In this document: one piece after another, positions 10,034 through 21,520 of the stretch | How positions within the stretch are numbered: position 1 is the first letter of the stretch | How the letters are laid out: every line of letters starts with the position of its first letter | Assembly (NCBI GenBank): GCA_965197925.1 | Contig: CBDAOC010000015.1 | Location: 33,839 to 97,838 of the forward strand | Reading direction: 5' to 3' | Source: Nitrososphaerales archaeon | GTDB taxonomy: Archaea; Thermoproteota; Nitrososphaeria; Nitrososphaerales; UBA213 | Length of the DNA: 64,000 bases | Made by a program: the position numbers and the translations under genes | Notes under the pieces: model-generated | Told to the model about the DNA's origin: nothing | Databases searched by the model: none | The model's input: only the letters and a program-made list of their open reading frames with translations

Positions 10034-11613
10034 TCACAAATTGTCTGACTCTGTTCCTTCATGAATAATGTTAGATAATATTCACTACCAGCTCCCTTAC
10101 CGCTTATACCGGAATTCTTCCAACCTACGAATGGTTGGCACGCGACGATCGCTCCTGTAGTTGCGCTCCTAGCCCTGTTTACATAGATCACTCCCGCCGC
10201 GATCTTGTCCAGAAATTCTTCCACTTCATTTTGATCTTTGCTGAATATTCCTGCAGTCAAACCATAATCATTATCATTGCACAACTTTATAGCATCACTG
10301 AATTTATTATAATCTGCTACGCACAATATGGGAACAAACATCTCTTCCTTAAACAGTGAATGATCTTTAGGAAGGTTATCCACAATGGTTGGTTGAACAT
10401 AGTAACCATAATTCAACTCATTATCTGTTACTATATTACCACCGGTTAGTATCTTTCCATCTTTCCTTGCTATATCACAGCATTTTTTATATTTTTTATA
10501 AGCTTTCTCATTTATCAAAGGTCCCATGAAGTTATTTCTGTTTAAGGGATTGCCAATAATAAGTAAGTTTGTTCTTTCGGTAAGTTTTTTAACGAATTCT
10601 TCCTTCAAACTTTCATGTATATAAACACGTGAACATGCACTGCACTTCTGCCCTGAATAACCAAACGCTGCCTTGAACACACCATCAACTGCTTTATCAA
10701 GATCAGCATTGTCAGTTATTACTACAGGATTCTTGCTTCCCATCTCAGTTATCACTGGTTTTGGTCTCATAGAATTGGCAAAATGGTGTATCCCAAGCCC
10801 CACTTCTTTTGAACCAGTGAATACAATACCATCAATGCCATCACTTTCAACAAGTGTTTTACCTACCAAATTACCAGAACCAGTTACAAAATTAATCACA
10901 CCTGATGGTAAACCTGCCTCCTCAAGTATCTTGCAGAACTTGTACGATGTTAGCGGTGTATCACTTGCAGGTTTCAGCACAACGGTGTTGCCTGTAATTA
11001 TAGCACCAGTGCACATACCATCAGTTATGGCCACGGGAAAGTTAAACGGTGCAATAACTGCCCACACACCATAAGGTTTCATCACGCTCTTGTTTTTTTC
11101 ATTGGGATAAGCACTCTTCATCCGTTTAACGAATCCACTGTTAAGTTCCATCTGTTCAGCATAATATCGCATAAAGTCTATAGCTTCATCGACCTCACCT
11201 ATAGCTTCATATCTATTCTTACCATTTTCAAATGTTAGCAGTGCGGATAATTCATACTTACTTTGGCTCACTGAATCTGCAGCCTTTCTGAATATTTTCA
11301 CACGTTCTGTGTAATCAGTTGTGCTCCAACTCTCTAAAGCTCTACGAGCAGCTGTTATAGCACTTTCAGCATGTTGCTCATTTCCTATTGGAAAGTGTGC
11401 CACAATAACTCGAGTGTCAATCGGAGAAAGAACTGAAAGTACTCTTCCAGCAGTCACGGGCTTGCCATCGATTATCATTGGATAGGTTTTCCCAAGTTCC
11501 TCCTTTACTCTGAGAACTGCGTCTTCGTATCTTATATCAAAGGTATCTTCTCCTTTGTTTATTAATGTCTTAATTAATGTCGATTCATTATCAAACATAT
11601 AATATCCCATCAC
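10030..11613 (-). CDS. rocA: 1-pyrroline-5-carboxylate / glutamate-semialdehyde dehydrogenase (ALDH family)
   Basis: EAIDFMRYYA, PFNFP, FTGS, EMGSKN, GQKCSACSR and EEMFVP motifs; convergent with proline dehydrogenase. Confidence 0.88.
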   Translation of the reverse strand: MMGYYMFDNESTLIKTLINKGEDTFDIRYEDAVLRVKEELGKTYPMIIDGKPVTAGRVLSVLSPIDTRVIVAHFPIGNEQHAESAITAARRALESWSTTDYTERVKIFRKAADSVSQSKYELSALLTFENGKNRYEAIGEVDEAIDFMRYYAEQMELNSGFVKRMKSAYPNEKNKSVMKPYGVWAVIAPFNFPVAITDGMCTGAIITGNTVVLKPASDTPLTSYKFCKILEEAGLPSGVINFVTGSGNLVGKTLVESDGIDGIVFTGSKEVGLGIHHFANSMRPKPVITEMGSKNPVVITDNADLDKAVDGVFKAAFGYSGQKCSACSRVYIHESLKEEFVKKLTERTNLLIIGNPLNRNNFMGPLINEKAYKKYKKCCDIARKDGKILTGGNIVTDNELNYGYYVQPTIVDNLPKDHSLFKEEMFVPILCVADYNKFSDAIKLCNDNDYGLTAGIFSKDQNEVEEFLDKIAAGVIYVNRARSATTGAIVACQPFVGWKNSGISGKGAGSEYYLTLFMKEQSQTICD

Positions 11614-11786
11614 TCACACTCTTAAAAAACCTTGCAAGAAGTGCAAAAATAATATAATAAATTTTCTTTTATATTCAAGATGAAAGAAAATATATTATTT
11701 GTTTTTTTAGATCGTCCATATACCAAATATCAAATAAAAAGAATATTTTGTATCCTAGGCCTGAGAAATTACATTCCGTTCAAGTA

Positions 11787-12830
11787 AGAGCCTATCCTAA
11801 AATTCTAGCTGATAGTTAACGATTGGTAGAAATGATAACATTTAGAATGCAAGAATATTAGTTCAAACTGTCGGGTTTAGTTTTCTTACTATTGATTTTA
11901 TTAGTATTGTAGATAGTAGATACTAGAGACAGTTGCATTAACGTGTTTATGACACTACCAATATATCGCTCTATACACTATTAGGCAGTTAGCAAATTCT
12001 ACTAGCGCCTGATAATTTTCCTCTCTCTTCTCGAACCTTACCAATAACTTTCTGAACCTGTTATGCCAAGATGCGGTTCTTTCTACAACCCATCTCTTTG
12101 CTTTGTATAAATTCTTTTTCAACACTTCACCCTTATGACGAATGTGATCCACATATCCCCTTCCTAACTCCATACTCTATCTCAGGGAAATCATATCCTA
12201 TTCATGCATATGTTCTGTTTAACTTTGGGCCTATCAACAACAATGCTATCTATTGTAGGAAAGGCTGATTTCATATCGCGTTTATTTGCTCCAGTAATTA
12301 CAGATGAGAGAGAAATACCTCTTCTATCAACCAGCATGTGACGTTTGGTACCTAGCTTGCCTCTATCCGTTGGGATTGCTCCGGTCGTTTTCCCCCTAAT
12401 GGGGCCTTCGGTACGCTATCCATGGATTGCCAGTCCCATCCTATACCCTTCAATTCATCATATATTTCCAGCAGCCTCTTCCATACCTTCTCGAATACTC
12501 CTATCCCAATCCATTCCTGAAATCTTGCATGGCAAGTTGAGCCAGAACCAAATTCTTTAGATACCTTCTTCCACTGGCATCCAGTTCTTAATACATACAG
12601 TATTCCATTCAATACTTTTCTAAATGGCACAGCTGGCCTTCCAACTGTTCTTGCTGGTTTCTCTGGTGGCAACACTAGTTTGAACTCTTCCCATAGATTG
12701 TCTGGTATATGCCATATGGTCGGCATGCTCTTTTTCTTTGATTTTCTCACAAATTTAGCTAGAGATAACGGTTCTAGATCTGTTTCGGTATAAACAATTA
12801 GGCTATGATGTTAATTTTCGGATAAGCTCT
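11787..12830 (-). mobile_element. IS5-family (IS427/IS1031-like) element B, copy 1, degenerate
   Basis: TIRs agagcctatcctaaaatt / aattttcggataagctct with TA flanks. ORFs 12352-12750 (NGILYVLRTGCQW) and 11955-12173 (RWVVERT..W..RFRKL). Confidence 0.9.
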
Positions 12831-13031
12831 TAATCAGTCAAACTAACCAGCTGTTTCTAAATGGGAAAGTCTTCTAGAATTGACCGGACTTTTATCGAGG
12901 GCTAATAAATGGGGAGTTATACAATACTTTATGCAGATCGCAAGAATATAACTCTCTTTACTTCATCCCTGCTGGTGATCACCAACTAGGTAAAGAAAAG
13001 ATAAATAGTGTATAGCAAACTTTAGATCGAA

Positions 13032-14162
13032 ATGAGCAACAAGGACGAAAATATATTTTCAAAAGAATCTTTAATAACGACTGAAGCGGGAAAAGATATT
13101 TTAAAACAGGCAGTATTTCATAGCAAGGGATACAAGCAGTTCCAACATTACAAGGAGAGGACTGAGGAAGAATTTCCCAATTTTGTAAATAGATTTACTT
13201 CTGATCTATACTCTTTTATAAAAAATGACCAGAACCCAGCAACAACTATCTCTGACTTCATATCGGAGGTCGGCGCAACTGAATTACTGTTAGAAGATTC
13301 AAAAATAAATGATGTAAAGGCTCGACTTTCCGACTTCGATAATTTAAAAAACACAGTAAAACGAATACTCAATTCCAATTTCGTTAAGATGACTTATCCA
13401 GTTTTCCACGCATTACTGGACGGGACAATTTCTTCCCTTAACCTACAAATTGCTGATGAAACCAGAAAAGCCTTGATCGATGGTCATGTAATTGCTATAG
13501 ACCTTAGCGAACCAATGGATAGGATAATTGATAAGGATGAAGACATTGATTATTTGGATGATTATAGATTGATTAATCCTTATTTACTTAACTTGGCAAG
13601 ATCCAAAATCAGCAAGTGTGGAGAAGAAGTTTTGAATTCGTTTGAGCGGGGATTCAAAGATGCTAGGGTAGGGCAATACCTGGATTACAAGTTGAAAATC
13701 AATCCATCATCGATAAGTTATGAAAGTATGTCTGAATGTTACAAGAAGTATAGAGCCGTGATGGGCACAGCCGGCAAGAATATGGCCTTAACAAAGCGAC
13801 CTTTGGAAGAAATATTCTATGTGGGGATGGCTAGAGCCGGAGAATCAGTTGGGTGCGGGAATGAGATCGAGGATGCTTTGAGGAATGGCGCTATCAAAAT
13901 TCCTTCATGGCCTTTTTATTATTCAATCAATACCAATGATGTTAAAAGAGCATTTGAACTCACTATAAAGAAGAGTAACTTATATCTAGCAGACGCCAGT
14001 ATTGCGCTGGATATGCTTTCACAGGACTTTGAAACAAAACCATTTCTTGAATTTCTATTTCTTACTGTAAAACATTACAACCAGTTTTGGTACAATCAAT
14101 TGAAGAAGTTAGATCCATTTGCAAGTTTTAAGCAGAAGTTGGACGGAATAGTAAAGAACTAG
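13032..14162 (+). CDS. Conserved thaumarchaeal hypothetical protein
   Basis: Long intact ORF with host-like composition; IAIDLSEPMDRIID and KYRAVMGTAG segments. Confidence 0.75.
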   Translation: MSNKDENIFSKESLITTEAGKDILKQAVFHSKGYKQFQHYKERTEEEFPNFVNRFTSDLYSFIKNDQNPATTISDFISEVGATELLLEDSKINDVKARLSDFDNLKNTVKRILNSNFVKMTYPVFHALLDGTISSLNLQIADETRKALIDGHVIAIDLSEPMDRIIDKDEDIDYLDDYRLINPYLLNLARSKISKCGEEVLNSFERGFKDARVGQYLDYKLKINPSSISYESMSECYKKYRAVMGTAGKNMALTKRPLEEIFYVGMARAGESVGCGNEIEDALRNGAIKIPSWPFYYSINTNDVKRAFELTIKKSNLYLADASIALDMLSQDFETKPFLEFLFLTVKHYNQFWYNQLKKLDPFASFKQKLDGIVKN

Positions 14163-14405
14163 ATAATTCCTTTTCAACTATCATATATGCTTAATATCTC
14201 CAATAAGTGATTATTTCCCAGATCATTATTTTTCTTCAAGAAATACTCTACTTAATAGTATAAGATTCAACCTACTTGTATTAACTCTGATATATTACCA
14301 TTCTTAGTATACTGGGAATAACTTACCCCGTCCTCAACCAGTTCCATTAACTGTAATACTTTTATGATAGAAGGCTATAACTTAGCATTAAATCGGTGCT
14401 TTTGG

Positions 14406-15650
14406 ATGTTATGGTCAGAAAAATACAGACCAGGGAGCGCAAGTCAGATGGTTGGTAATGAAGGAGCGCGGATAACTTTTCTTGAATGGGTTGTCAACTG
14501 GAAGGTTGGAAGCATACCAGTTTTACTTGTTGGTCCTCCTGGGACGGGAAAGACAACGCTTGTAAAGGCAGCAGTTAACGAACTTGGTTATGATATTGTT
14601 GAACTTAATGCAAGTGATGTCAGAACCAAAGATAAACTGCAATCGATAATACCACCATTACTGAGGAATAGAGGCGTTCATGGCAAAAAAATTTTATTGT
14701 TTCTTGACGAGGTAGACGGCATGAGTCCCCGCGGTGATCGTGGTGGCTTTGCAACATTGTTATCTTTGCTGAGGGATCCTACAATACCAATTGTAATGGC
14801 CGCTAATGCTGAGGTTGGTGAACAGATTAAAGAGCTAAAGCGTGTGGCTACATTGATTAGGTTCATGCGAATAGCCCCAAGGTTACTTTCACTTTACCTT
14901 GATCGCGTTTTGAAGATGGAGAATGCCAAGATAAGTATTCAAGACAGAACAAGGCTGATCGGTGCAAGCAACGGAGATGTACGAATATTACTGAACGAAA
15001 CGCAGTCTCTTTCCGGTGGAGGATTTTCAGAAAGTTTTCATGAGTCAAAATTTTCAATAAATATCGATATAGCAATCACTACCTTCTTTTCGGCAGTTAG
15101 TGTTGAAGATGCGCTTGGGATAATGAGAAGAAGCGAGGGGTTCTTCAACGATCCCAGGTTTGCTGGGTATGATACAGAAAAGAGAAGAACTGACAAGCTT
15201 GCGGCACTATTTTCCAGCATCGTAACTAGCAAGGTTGATATTGAAAAAATGGCGGAGATGCTGAATGCTCTTGCGTATGTAGATGTTATGATCGGTAGAA
15301 TGGGTAGAACGAGGCACTGGAGACTGTTGCGTTACATAGACACCATACTTGTGTACAAACTGTTTGCTCAAAGTCGTGGTTTGACCTATACTCAATACGA
15401 CATTCCGTTTGTACTGATGAATAGAGTATTCAGAGAGACAAGGTTGTTCAGAACCATCATCGCAGAATTAGCAAAAAGCATACATGTATCAAGGAGAAGA
15501 GCAGCATACTATCTGCCATACCTGTTCCTCATACTTGCCAACTCCAAAATGGATTTGGATGAATTCTTATCAACGAACGACATGGACACTTCACTGAAAG
15601 AGTTGATCAAGAACGAGATGGGTAAGGTACTTAGGGTGAGCAAAAAATGA
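14406..15650 (+). CDS. rfcL: Replication factor C large subunit
   Basis: WSEKYRP, GPPGTGKT, ELNASDVR, LDEVDG and GDVR motifs. Confidence 0.92.
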   Translation: MLWSEKYRPGSASQMVGNEGARITFLEWVVNWKVGSIPVLLVGPPGTGKTTLVKAAVNELGYDIVELNASDVRTKDKLQSIIPPLLRNRGVHGKKILLFLDEVDGMSPRGDRGGFATLLSLLRDPTIPIVMAANAEVGEQIKELKRVATLIRFMRIAPRLLSLYLDRVLKMENAKISIQDRTRLIGASNGDVRILLNETQSLSGGGFSESFHESKFSINIDIAITTFFSAVSVEDALGIMRRSEGFFNDPRFAGYDTEKRRTDKLAALFSSIVTSKVDIEKMAEMLNALAYVDVMIGRMGRTRHWRLLRYIDTILVYKLFAQSRGLTYTQYDIPFVLMNRVFRETRLFRTIIAELAKSIHVSRRRAAYYLPYLFLILANSKMDLDEFLSTNDMDTSLKELIKNEMGKVLRVSKK

Positions 15651-16021
15651 TCAAGATATTGATAGGTAAATGGTTCAATTTACCAAGGGTGGGACCGGAT
15701 GTTTTTTCTAAAATCATGCGCCAAGCAAGATTGGGTTATGACAAGCAGAAGAGAATGTTCTTGGTGGGGCCAGACACCAATATAGCCCTATTAATATCAA
15801 TTCTAAATGAGGTCCTGGAAGATAAGGTTTTAATCGAGCTGCCATGTTTGGTGTGTGAAAAAAGTGCGGGTTGTAATGAGTGCGATTATCTAAACATTTG
15901 TGACAGAACTACAGTGTCAAACCAATGTATTTGTATGGAGTGCTTTATGCAGAAGGATGCCTATGAACACTATTGTGATACCTTCTCTCAAAAGTTGATC
16001 GCGGCAAAGGTTAAAATCTGA
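15647..16021 (+). CDS. Cys-rich hypothetical protein, putative Zn-binding, coupled to rfcL
   Basis: CLVC...CNEC...C...CICMEC; ATGA overlap with the rfcL stop. Confidence 0.7.
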   Translation: MIKILIGKWFNLPRVGPDVFSKIMRQARLGYDKQKRMFLVGPDTNIALLISILNEVLEDKVLIELPCLVCEKSAGCNECDYLNICDRTTVSNQCICMECFMQKDAYEHYCDTFSQKLIAAKVKI

Positions 16022-16045
16022 TTTACGTTATCATAGAATGTATAG

Positions 16046-16255
16046 ATGGCCACCTTATATGAGGACAATATTAGAAAGTTGTTGGACGAAAAGAAGCAGA
16101 AACTTGATGAATTGAAAGACAATTCTAACACATCCAAACATGAAATAGACAAGCTTGAAGACGAAATACGTGTTTTAACAATGTTATACGAAAACTATAA
16201 TATTGGTATGGCTGTGTTCAGACGTGCCAAGAGAGCAAGAGAACGTAATCATTGA
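16046..16255 (+). CDS. Small coiled-coil hypothetical protein
   Basis: 69-aa charged helical ORF between rfcL and the acc operon. Confidence 0.6.
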   Translation: MATLYEDNIRKLLDEKKQKLDELKDNSNTSKHEIDKLEDEIRVLTMLYENYNIGMAVFRRAKRARERNH

Positions 16256-16318
16256 TAAATAATTTTTGTGAAACTTACATGTGATTTATATACTCTTAAT
16301 AAGTTTTTATTTATTATT

Positions 16319-17866
16319 ATGCACGATGAGAAGATAAAGAAATTATCTCAGGTAGATAAAAGTGCCGAGAGAGGTGGCGGGGAGGAAAGGATCAAAGCAC
16401 AGCATAGTAAGGGTAAGCTAACTGCTAGGGAAAGGATTGCTTTACTATTAGATGCTGGTACATTGGTTGAAATCGATAAGCTCGTAACTACACGCTCGCA
16501 TGACTTTGAACTTGACAAGAAGAAATTCTATGGCGATGGTGTAATAGCTGGCTATGGAACCATACAAGGAAACCAAGTTTTTATTTATGCACAAGACTTT
16601 ACAGTTCTGGGTGGTTCTTTGGGGGAAATGTCAGGTAAGAAAATAGCTAAGGTTATGGATCATGCGATTAAGGTTGGGTGCCCTATTATAGGAATAATTG
16701 ATTCTGGCGGTGCAAGAATTCAGGAAGGTGTGATGAGTCTTTCTGGATACGGTGAAATATTTTACCGTAATACATTGGCGTCGGGGGTTGTTCCACAAAT
16801 AACGCTAACTTTGGGACCATGCGCAGGCGGTGCTGTCTATTCACCAGCAATCACAGATTTTGTGATAATGGCAGACAAGATAACCCATATGTTCGTTACT
16901 GGTCCGGAAGTGGTCAAAACAGCCTTGGGAGAAGATGTTAGTTTTGAGGATCTCGGTGGCGCATTCACCCATGGCAAGTTCAGTGGCGTAGCGCACTTTG
17001 TGGCCAAAGATGAATATGAATGCATGGACATAGTAAAGAAACTGTTATCATATCTTCCACCAAACAATACTGAAGATCCCCCACTAATCACTACTACAGA
17101 TGACCCAAACAGGACTGACAGCAAGCTCGCTACCGTAGTGCCTGAGAACCCTTATGAGCCATACGATATAAAAGAAATAATAACATCCATTCTTGATAAC
17201 AAAGAATTTTTTGAACTTCACGAATTATGGGCTACAAGTATTGTAGTAGGTTTTGGCAGATTAAATGGAAGAACAGTTGGGATAGTAGCAAACCAGCCCT
17301 TACATCTGGCTGGTTCGTTAGATATAGATTCATCCAACAAAGCAGCACGCTTCATACGAACTTGTGATTGTTTCAATATCCCAGTAATATCCATTATTGA
17401 TACCCCTGGTTATCTTCCAGGTTTGGAGCAAGAACAACATGGTATAATAAGACATGGAAGCAAGGTGTTATTCGCTTACTGTGAAGCAACGGTTCCAAAA
17501 CTTGCCGTTGTCGTTGGCAAAGCCTATGGTGGGGCCTATATTGCCATGAGCAGTAAACATCTTAGATCAGACATGAACTACGCATGGCCGACCGCCGAGA
17601 TTGCAGTCCTAGGTCCAGAAGCAGCTATAAACATAATTTTTAGAAAGGAGATAAAGGAAAATAAGGATCCAGAAACTTTCCGGAAGAAGCTAATAAGAGA
17701 ATACAGGGAAAAATTTGCCAATCCATACATAGCCGCAGAGCAGGGATTCATTGATGCAGTAATAGATCCGATAGAAACTAGACCAATGTTGATAAGGGCA
17801 CTAGAAACACTATCCAACAAGAGAGAATCTAGGCCGCCAAAGAAACATGGGAACATAAACCTCTGA
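16319..17866 (+). CDS. pccB: Acetyl-/propionyl-CoA carboxylase carboxyltransferase subunit
   Basis: GKLTARERI, DSGGARIQEG, GPCAGGAVYSPA, AYGGAY and KKHGNINL motifs. Confidence 0.96.
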   Translation: MHDEKIKKLSQVDKSAERGGGEERIKAQHSKGKLTARERIALLLDAGTLVEIDKLVTTRSHDFELDKKKFYGDGVIAGYGTIQGNQVFIYAQDFTVLGGSLGEMSGKKIAKVMDHAIKVGCPIIGIIDSGGARIQEGVMSLSGYGEIFYRNTLASGVVPQITLTLGPCAGGAVYSPAITDFVIMADKITHMFVTGPEVVKTALGEDVSFEDLGGAFTHGKFSGVAHFVAKDEYECMDIVKKLLSYLPPNNTEDPPLITTTDDPNRTDSKLATVVPENPYEPYDIKEIITSILDNKEFFELHELWATSIVVGFGRLNGRTVGIVANQPLHLAGSLDIDSSNKAARFIRTCDCFNIPVISIIDTPGYLPGLEQEQHGIIRHGSKVLFAYCEATVPKLAVVVGKAYGGAYIAMSSKHLRSDMNYAWPTAEIAVLGPEAAINIIFRKEIKENKDPETFRKKLIREYREKFANPYIAAEQGFIDAVIDPIETRPMLIRALETLSNKRESRPPKKHGNINL

Positions 17867-17871
17867 TTGAT

Positions 17872-19392
17872 ATGATAAACAAAATTCTGATTGCAAATAG
17901 GGGAGAAATTGCGGTAAGGATAATTAGAGCATGTAGGGAGCTTGAAATTAAAAGCGTGGCTATATATTCTAATGAGGATGTTAAGGCAATGCATGTTCGG
18001 ATTGCGGACGAAGCCTATCATGTAGGCCCTCCAAGTCCAAGAGAAAGTTATCTTAAAATCGATAAGATAATCGATCTGGCTAAGAGAAGTGGTGTAGATG
18101 CTATACACCCTGGTTATGGCTTCTTATCAGAGAATTCTGAATTTGCCAAAGAATGTGAGGAGACTGGGATCATTTTCATTGGACCAAACAGCGAAACACT
18201 GGAACTTGCTGGAGACAAGATGCGCTGTAAGGGTGTAATGAAAAAAGCTGGCGTGCCAGTTGTTCCTGGAAGTGACGGAACGCTTGAGGAGGTTGAAAAG
18301 GCACTTGACCTTGCTAACGAAATCGGGTATCCAGTTCTGTTAAAATCAGCATATGGAGGGGGTGGAAGGGGTATCAGATTGGCAAATGAGGAAAAACAAC
18401 TCAAACAGGAATTTGAGATGGCGGCAATGGAATCTAAAAATGCTTTCGGTCGAGCTGCACTTTACATCGAAAAATACCTTCAAAAAGTAAGGCATATTGA
18501 ATTTCAATTAGTAAGAGATTCACAAGGAAATTCACTTCATCTGTTTGAACGCGAATGTTCGATACAGAGAAGACACCAGAAGTTGATTGAAATGTCACCA
18601 TCTCCCATAGTCGATCCACATACTAGAGATAAAGTTGGAACTACAGCAACGAAAGCTGCAGATGCCGCCAACTATCTAAATGCTGGAACTGCTGAATTTT
18701 TACGTGATGATAAAGATGGTAATTTCTATTTCATTGAGATCAATTCTAGATTGCAAGTAGAGCATCCTGTTACAGAGTTGGTCACTGGGATAGATCTGGT
18801 TAAATTACAAATTCATATAGCATCGGGTAAACCTATACCGTTCAAGCAAAGCGATTTGAAACTAAATGGATGTGCAATCGAGTGTAGAATCAATGCAGAA
18901 GATCCACTAAATGATTTCGCACCCTCATCTGGACCCGTTCCAAGTTGCACAATCCCCTATGGTCCAGGAATCAGGGTTGATACATATCTGTTGCCAGGAT
19001 GTACAGTGTCGGGTTATTATGATTCCCTTGTTGCAAAGCTGCTATCATGGGGTAATAACTTTGAAGAGGCAAGGGGTAGATTGAGAAATGCTTTGAATGA
19101 ATTTTACATTCAAGGCATACAGACTACAATCCCATTATACAAAACTATAGTGGATGATCAAGCATTTGTTGCTGGGAACTTGTCGACAGATTATCTGGAT
19201 AAATTCAAGATATTTGAGAGGGTTGAGATCCTTTCAAAAGATGATGCAAAAAAAAACTCTGATGCTATAATTGCAGCTGCACTATTGCATTCTATATTGA
19301 TAAAAAGGGGACCAAATCCGCGACAAAACGCAAATAAACTAACGAAGTGGAAAGGAAATAGGTTCGCGCAGGGTTTTAGTTATGGAATATAA
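17872..19392 (+). CDS. accC: Biotin carboxylase subunit
   Basis: KILIANRGEIA, HPGYGFLSEN, ERECSIQRRHQK and RLQVEHPVTE motifs. Confidence 0.97.
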   Translation: MINKILIANRGEIAVRIIRACRELEIKSVAIYSNEDVKAMHVRIADEAYHVGPPSPRESYLKIDKIIDLAKRSGVDAIHPGYGFLSENSEFAKECEETGIIFIGPNSETLELAGDKMRCKGVMKKAGVPVVPGSDGTLEEVEKALDLANEIGYPVLLKSAYGGGGRGIRLANEEKQLKQEFEMAAMESKNAFGRAALYIEKYLQKVRHIEFQLVRDSQGNSLHLFERECSIQRRHQKLIEMSPSPIVDPHTRDKVGTTATKAADAANYLNAGTAEFLRDDKDGNFYFIEINSRLQVEHPVTELVTGIDLVKLQIHIASGKPIPFKQSDLKLNGCAIECRINAEDPLNDFAPSSGPVPSCTIPYGPGIRVDTYLLPGCTVSGYYDSLVAKLLSWGNNFEEARGRLRNALNEFYIQGIQTTIPLYKTIVDDQAFVAGNLSTDYLDKFKIFERVEILSKDDAKKNSDAIIAAALLHSILIKRGPNPRQNANKLTKWKGNRFAQGFSYGI

Positions 19393-19894
19393 AATAGAAG
19401 ATCTGCCCCTTATTCTAAATGCAAAAGTTGTGAAGAAGGTTAGTCCTAACGAGATAGTAATCAAGATAGAAGACAAGGAACATTCGTTGCATATATTAAA
19501 CTTCAGTACTAATGATATAGAATTCATGTTGGATAATTCTTACCATTATGCAAAATTTGTACATGTTAATAGTGCAGATATATTATTGGAAGTTGATGGC
19601 AACCAGGTTACTGTTAGCCAATATAATGACTTGCGTGCTATCGCACAAAAGTCCTCTGGAGGACAGTCGACAAGTTCTGCTCAAAGATTGCTTACAAGCT
19701 CAATCCCCGGCAGAGTAGTATCTATAGTTGCAAAACCGGAAACGGAAGTGAAGAAGGGTGATGTGATAATTGTATTAGAATCTATGAAGATGCAGGTAGC
19801 AATAAAGGCACATAAAGATGGAAAGGTGAAGGAACTCAAGGTTAAGGAAGGTTCTAGCATCTCAAGAAATGACATAGTTGCTTTGATAGAATGA
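19382..19894 (+). CDS. accB: Biotin carboxyl carrier protein
   Basis: LESMKM biotinylation motif in the C-terminal domain. Confidence 0.95.
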   Translation: MEYKIEDLPLILNAKVVKKVSPNEIVIKIEDKEHSLHILNFSTNDIEFMLDNSYHYAKFVHVNSADILLEVDGNQVTVSQYNDLRAIAQKSSGGQSTSSAQRLLTSSIPGRVVSIVAKPETEVKKGDVIIVLESMKMQVAIKAHKDGKVKELKVKEGSSISRNDIVALIE

Positions 19895-20204
19895 TATGCT
19901 TTTACTGAAGTCACTTCATCCAAGATAGATACATTACCATTCTCCCCCGTTATGACGAAGCCATATATGGGATGGGTATACTCTCTATCACTTTTATTAA
20001 ATGAAACAACTTTATCTTGAACTGAAGCATCTACTGAAAAATTATTTGTTTCATAACATGGTTGTACAAAGACCAAGAATGATATCAGGGTTATTGAACT
20101 TGCTAGTATTATCTGCGAACCCGAAGTCGCCTTTTTTTCTCTTATATTTCTTTATGCTTACTTATATCATTATGACCTATTGAATGGTAAGTACTTAGAT
20201 ACTC

Positions 20205-21300
20205 GAGGCTTGGGCATAATTAAGCCGGTCGAATCGATAAGATCAGGTTTCAATTTTCATTGGTAATGTGTTTAGCTCAGACTCGATACTTCTTCGCATA
20301 TTATTTTTGATTGGTGTGATTCGGTCAAAACCTAATAGGAAAAGGGTAGACCATTCTACTATTCTCCTACAGTAATGATGAGATGCTTCATCGTTAGAGT
20401 ATGGGTAAGAATACCAAGCAACAATGCTTTGCATGAATACTATTCGATAGACATGCCATACAACAGGAAGGTAATGAAGGCATGTGGTCTTGATAGATTA
20501 CCAGACAGAAGAACATTCGACAGAAGGTTCAAGGCCATCAATTGACATAAGATCAAGGATAGATGTTATGGGTATGCTCTTCATAAAAGATGGGTTGGTA
20601 GACCCAGCCATAATATCCGTTGATAGTTCCTTGTTGAAAGCAAAGGGACATGTATGGCATAGATCAAACATGAAGAAGAATGAAGTGCCACGCTCCGGTA
20701 TAGATACAGATGCTCGATAGGGATTCAGCAGAACCAAGGGATGGGTATTCGGATACAAACTGCATCTAGCATGTAGCACAGGTTCATTGATAGTTCCATT
20801 ATCAGCTGATTTCACAACAGCTAACATTACTGATAACAAGATGTATGAAAGCATAACATCTTCATTGCCTACAGGAATGGTAAGGTATGTTGTAGGAGAT
20901 GAAGGATATGATGATCACAAGTTATGTGATTTCAGCAGGTATAGAGGATTCCTGCTTGTATTCCCATTGGAAAGGTACAGGCATACTACAGATAATAATA
21001 GACTGGCATTGCTGCAGTTCTATCAATCGGAATATAGGCAGCATGTATATTCTCGGAGGAGCATAAGCGTTGAGCCATTGATAGAGCATATGAAGGATGT
21101 ATTTACCATAGATCCATTGCCAGTCAGAGGATTTGATAAAGCTAGGAGCATCGTTCTGATTTCTATATTGCTATACCAGCTGATGGTATACTATAACTAC
21201 TTGACAGGAAGACCATTAAGGGCATTGAAGCATATGTTGGGAAGTTAATCAATCAGAGGCATCAAGTTATTTTTGTTATATGGAATAATGCCCATGCCTC
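20205..21300 (+). mobile_element. IS element family A, copy 2, pseudogenised
   Basis: Same TIRs (gaggcttgggcataatt ... aataatgcccatgcctc); frameshifts and a TGG>TAG stop at ~20718. Confidence 0.9.
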
Positions 21301-21520
21301 AGATACATATGTGACTAAATAGTAGGGAAGTGAAAGAGTGGCAAGTGAAACACTTTTGTTATAGGATCACTTTTGTTATAGAATCAAGTTTCTAATTTTC
21401 AAATTGAACAATACCCAAGCAAAAAAATTTGCAATTCTGAATCACGCTCTTCTGAATTTAAAGTTTTAAATGTAACTTTATTGATGCAGTGAATGCTAAC
21501 TCGCATTGAACAAATGAAAG

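Noticed and set aside
11640..11705. Imperfect inverted repeat upstream of the P5C dehydrogenase gene
   Set aside because: It is almost pure A/T and interrupted, so compatible with chance.
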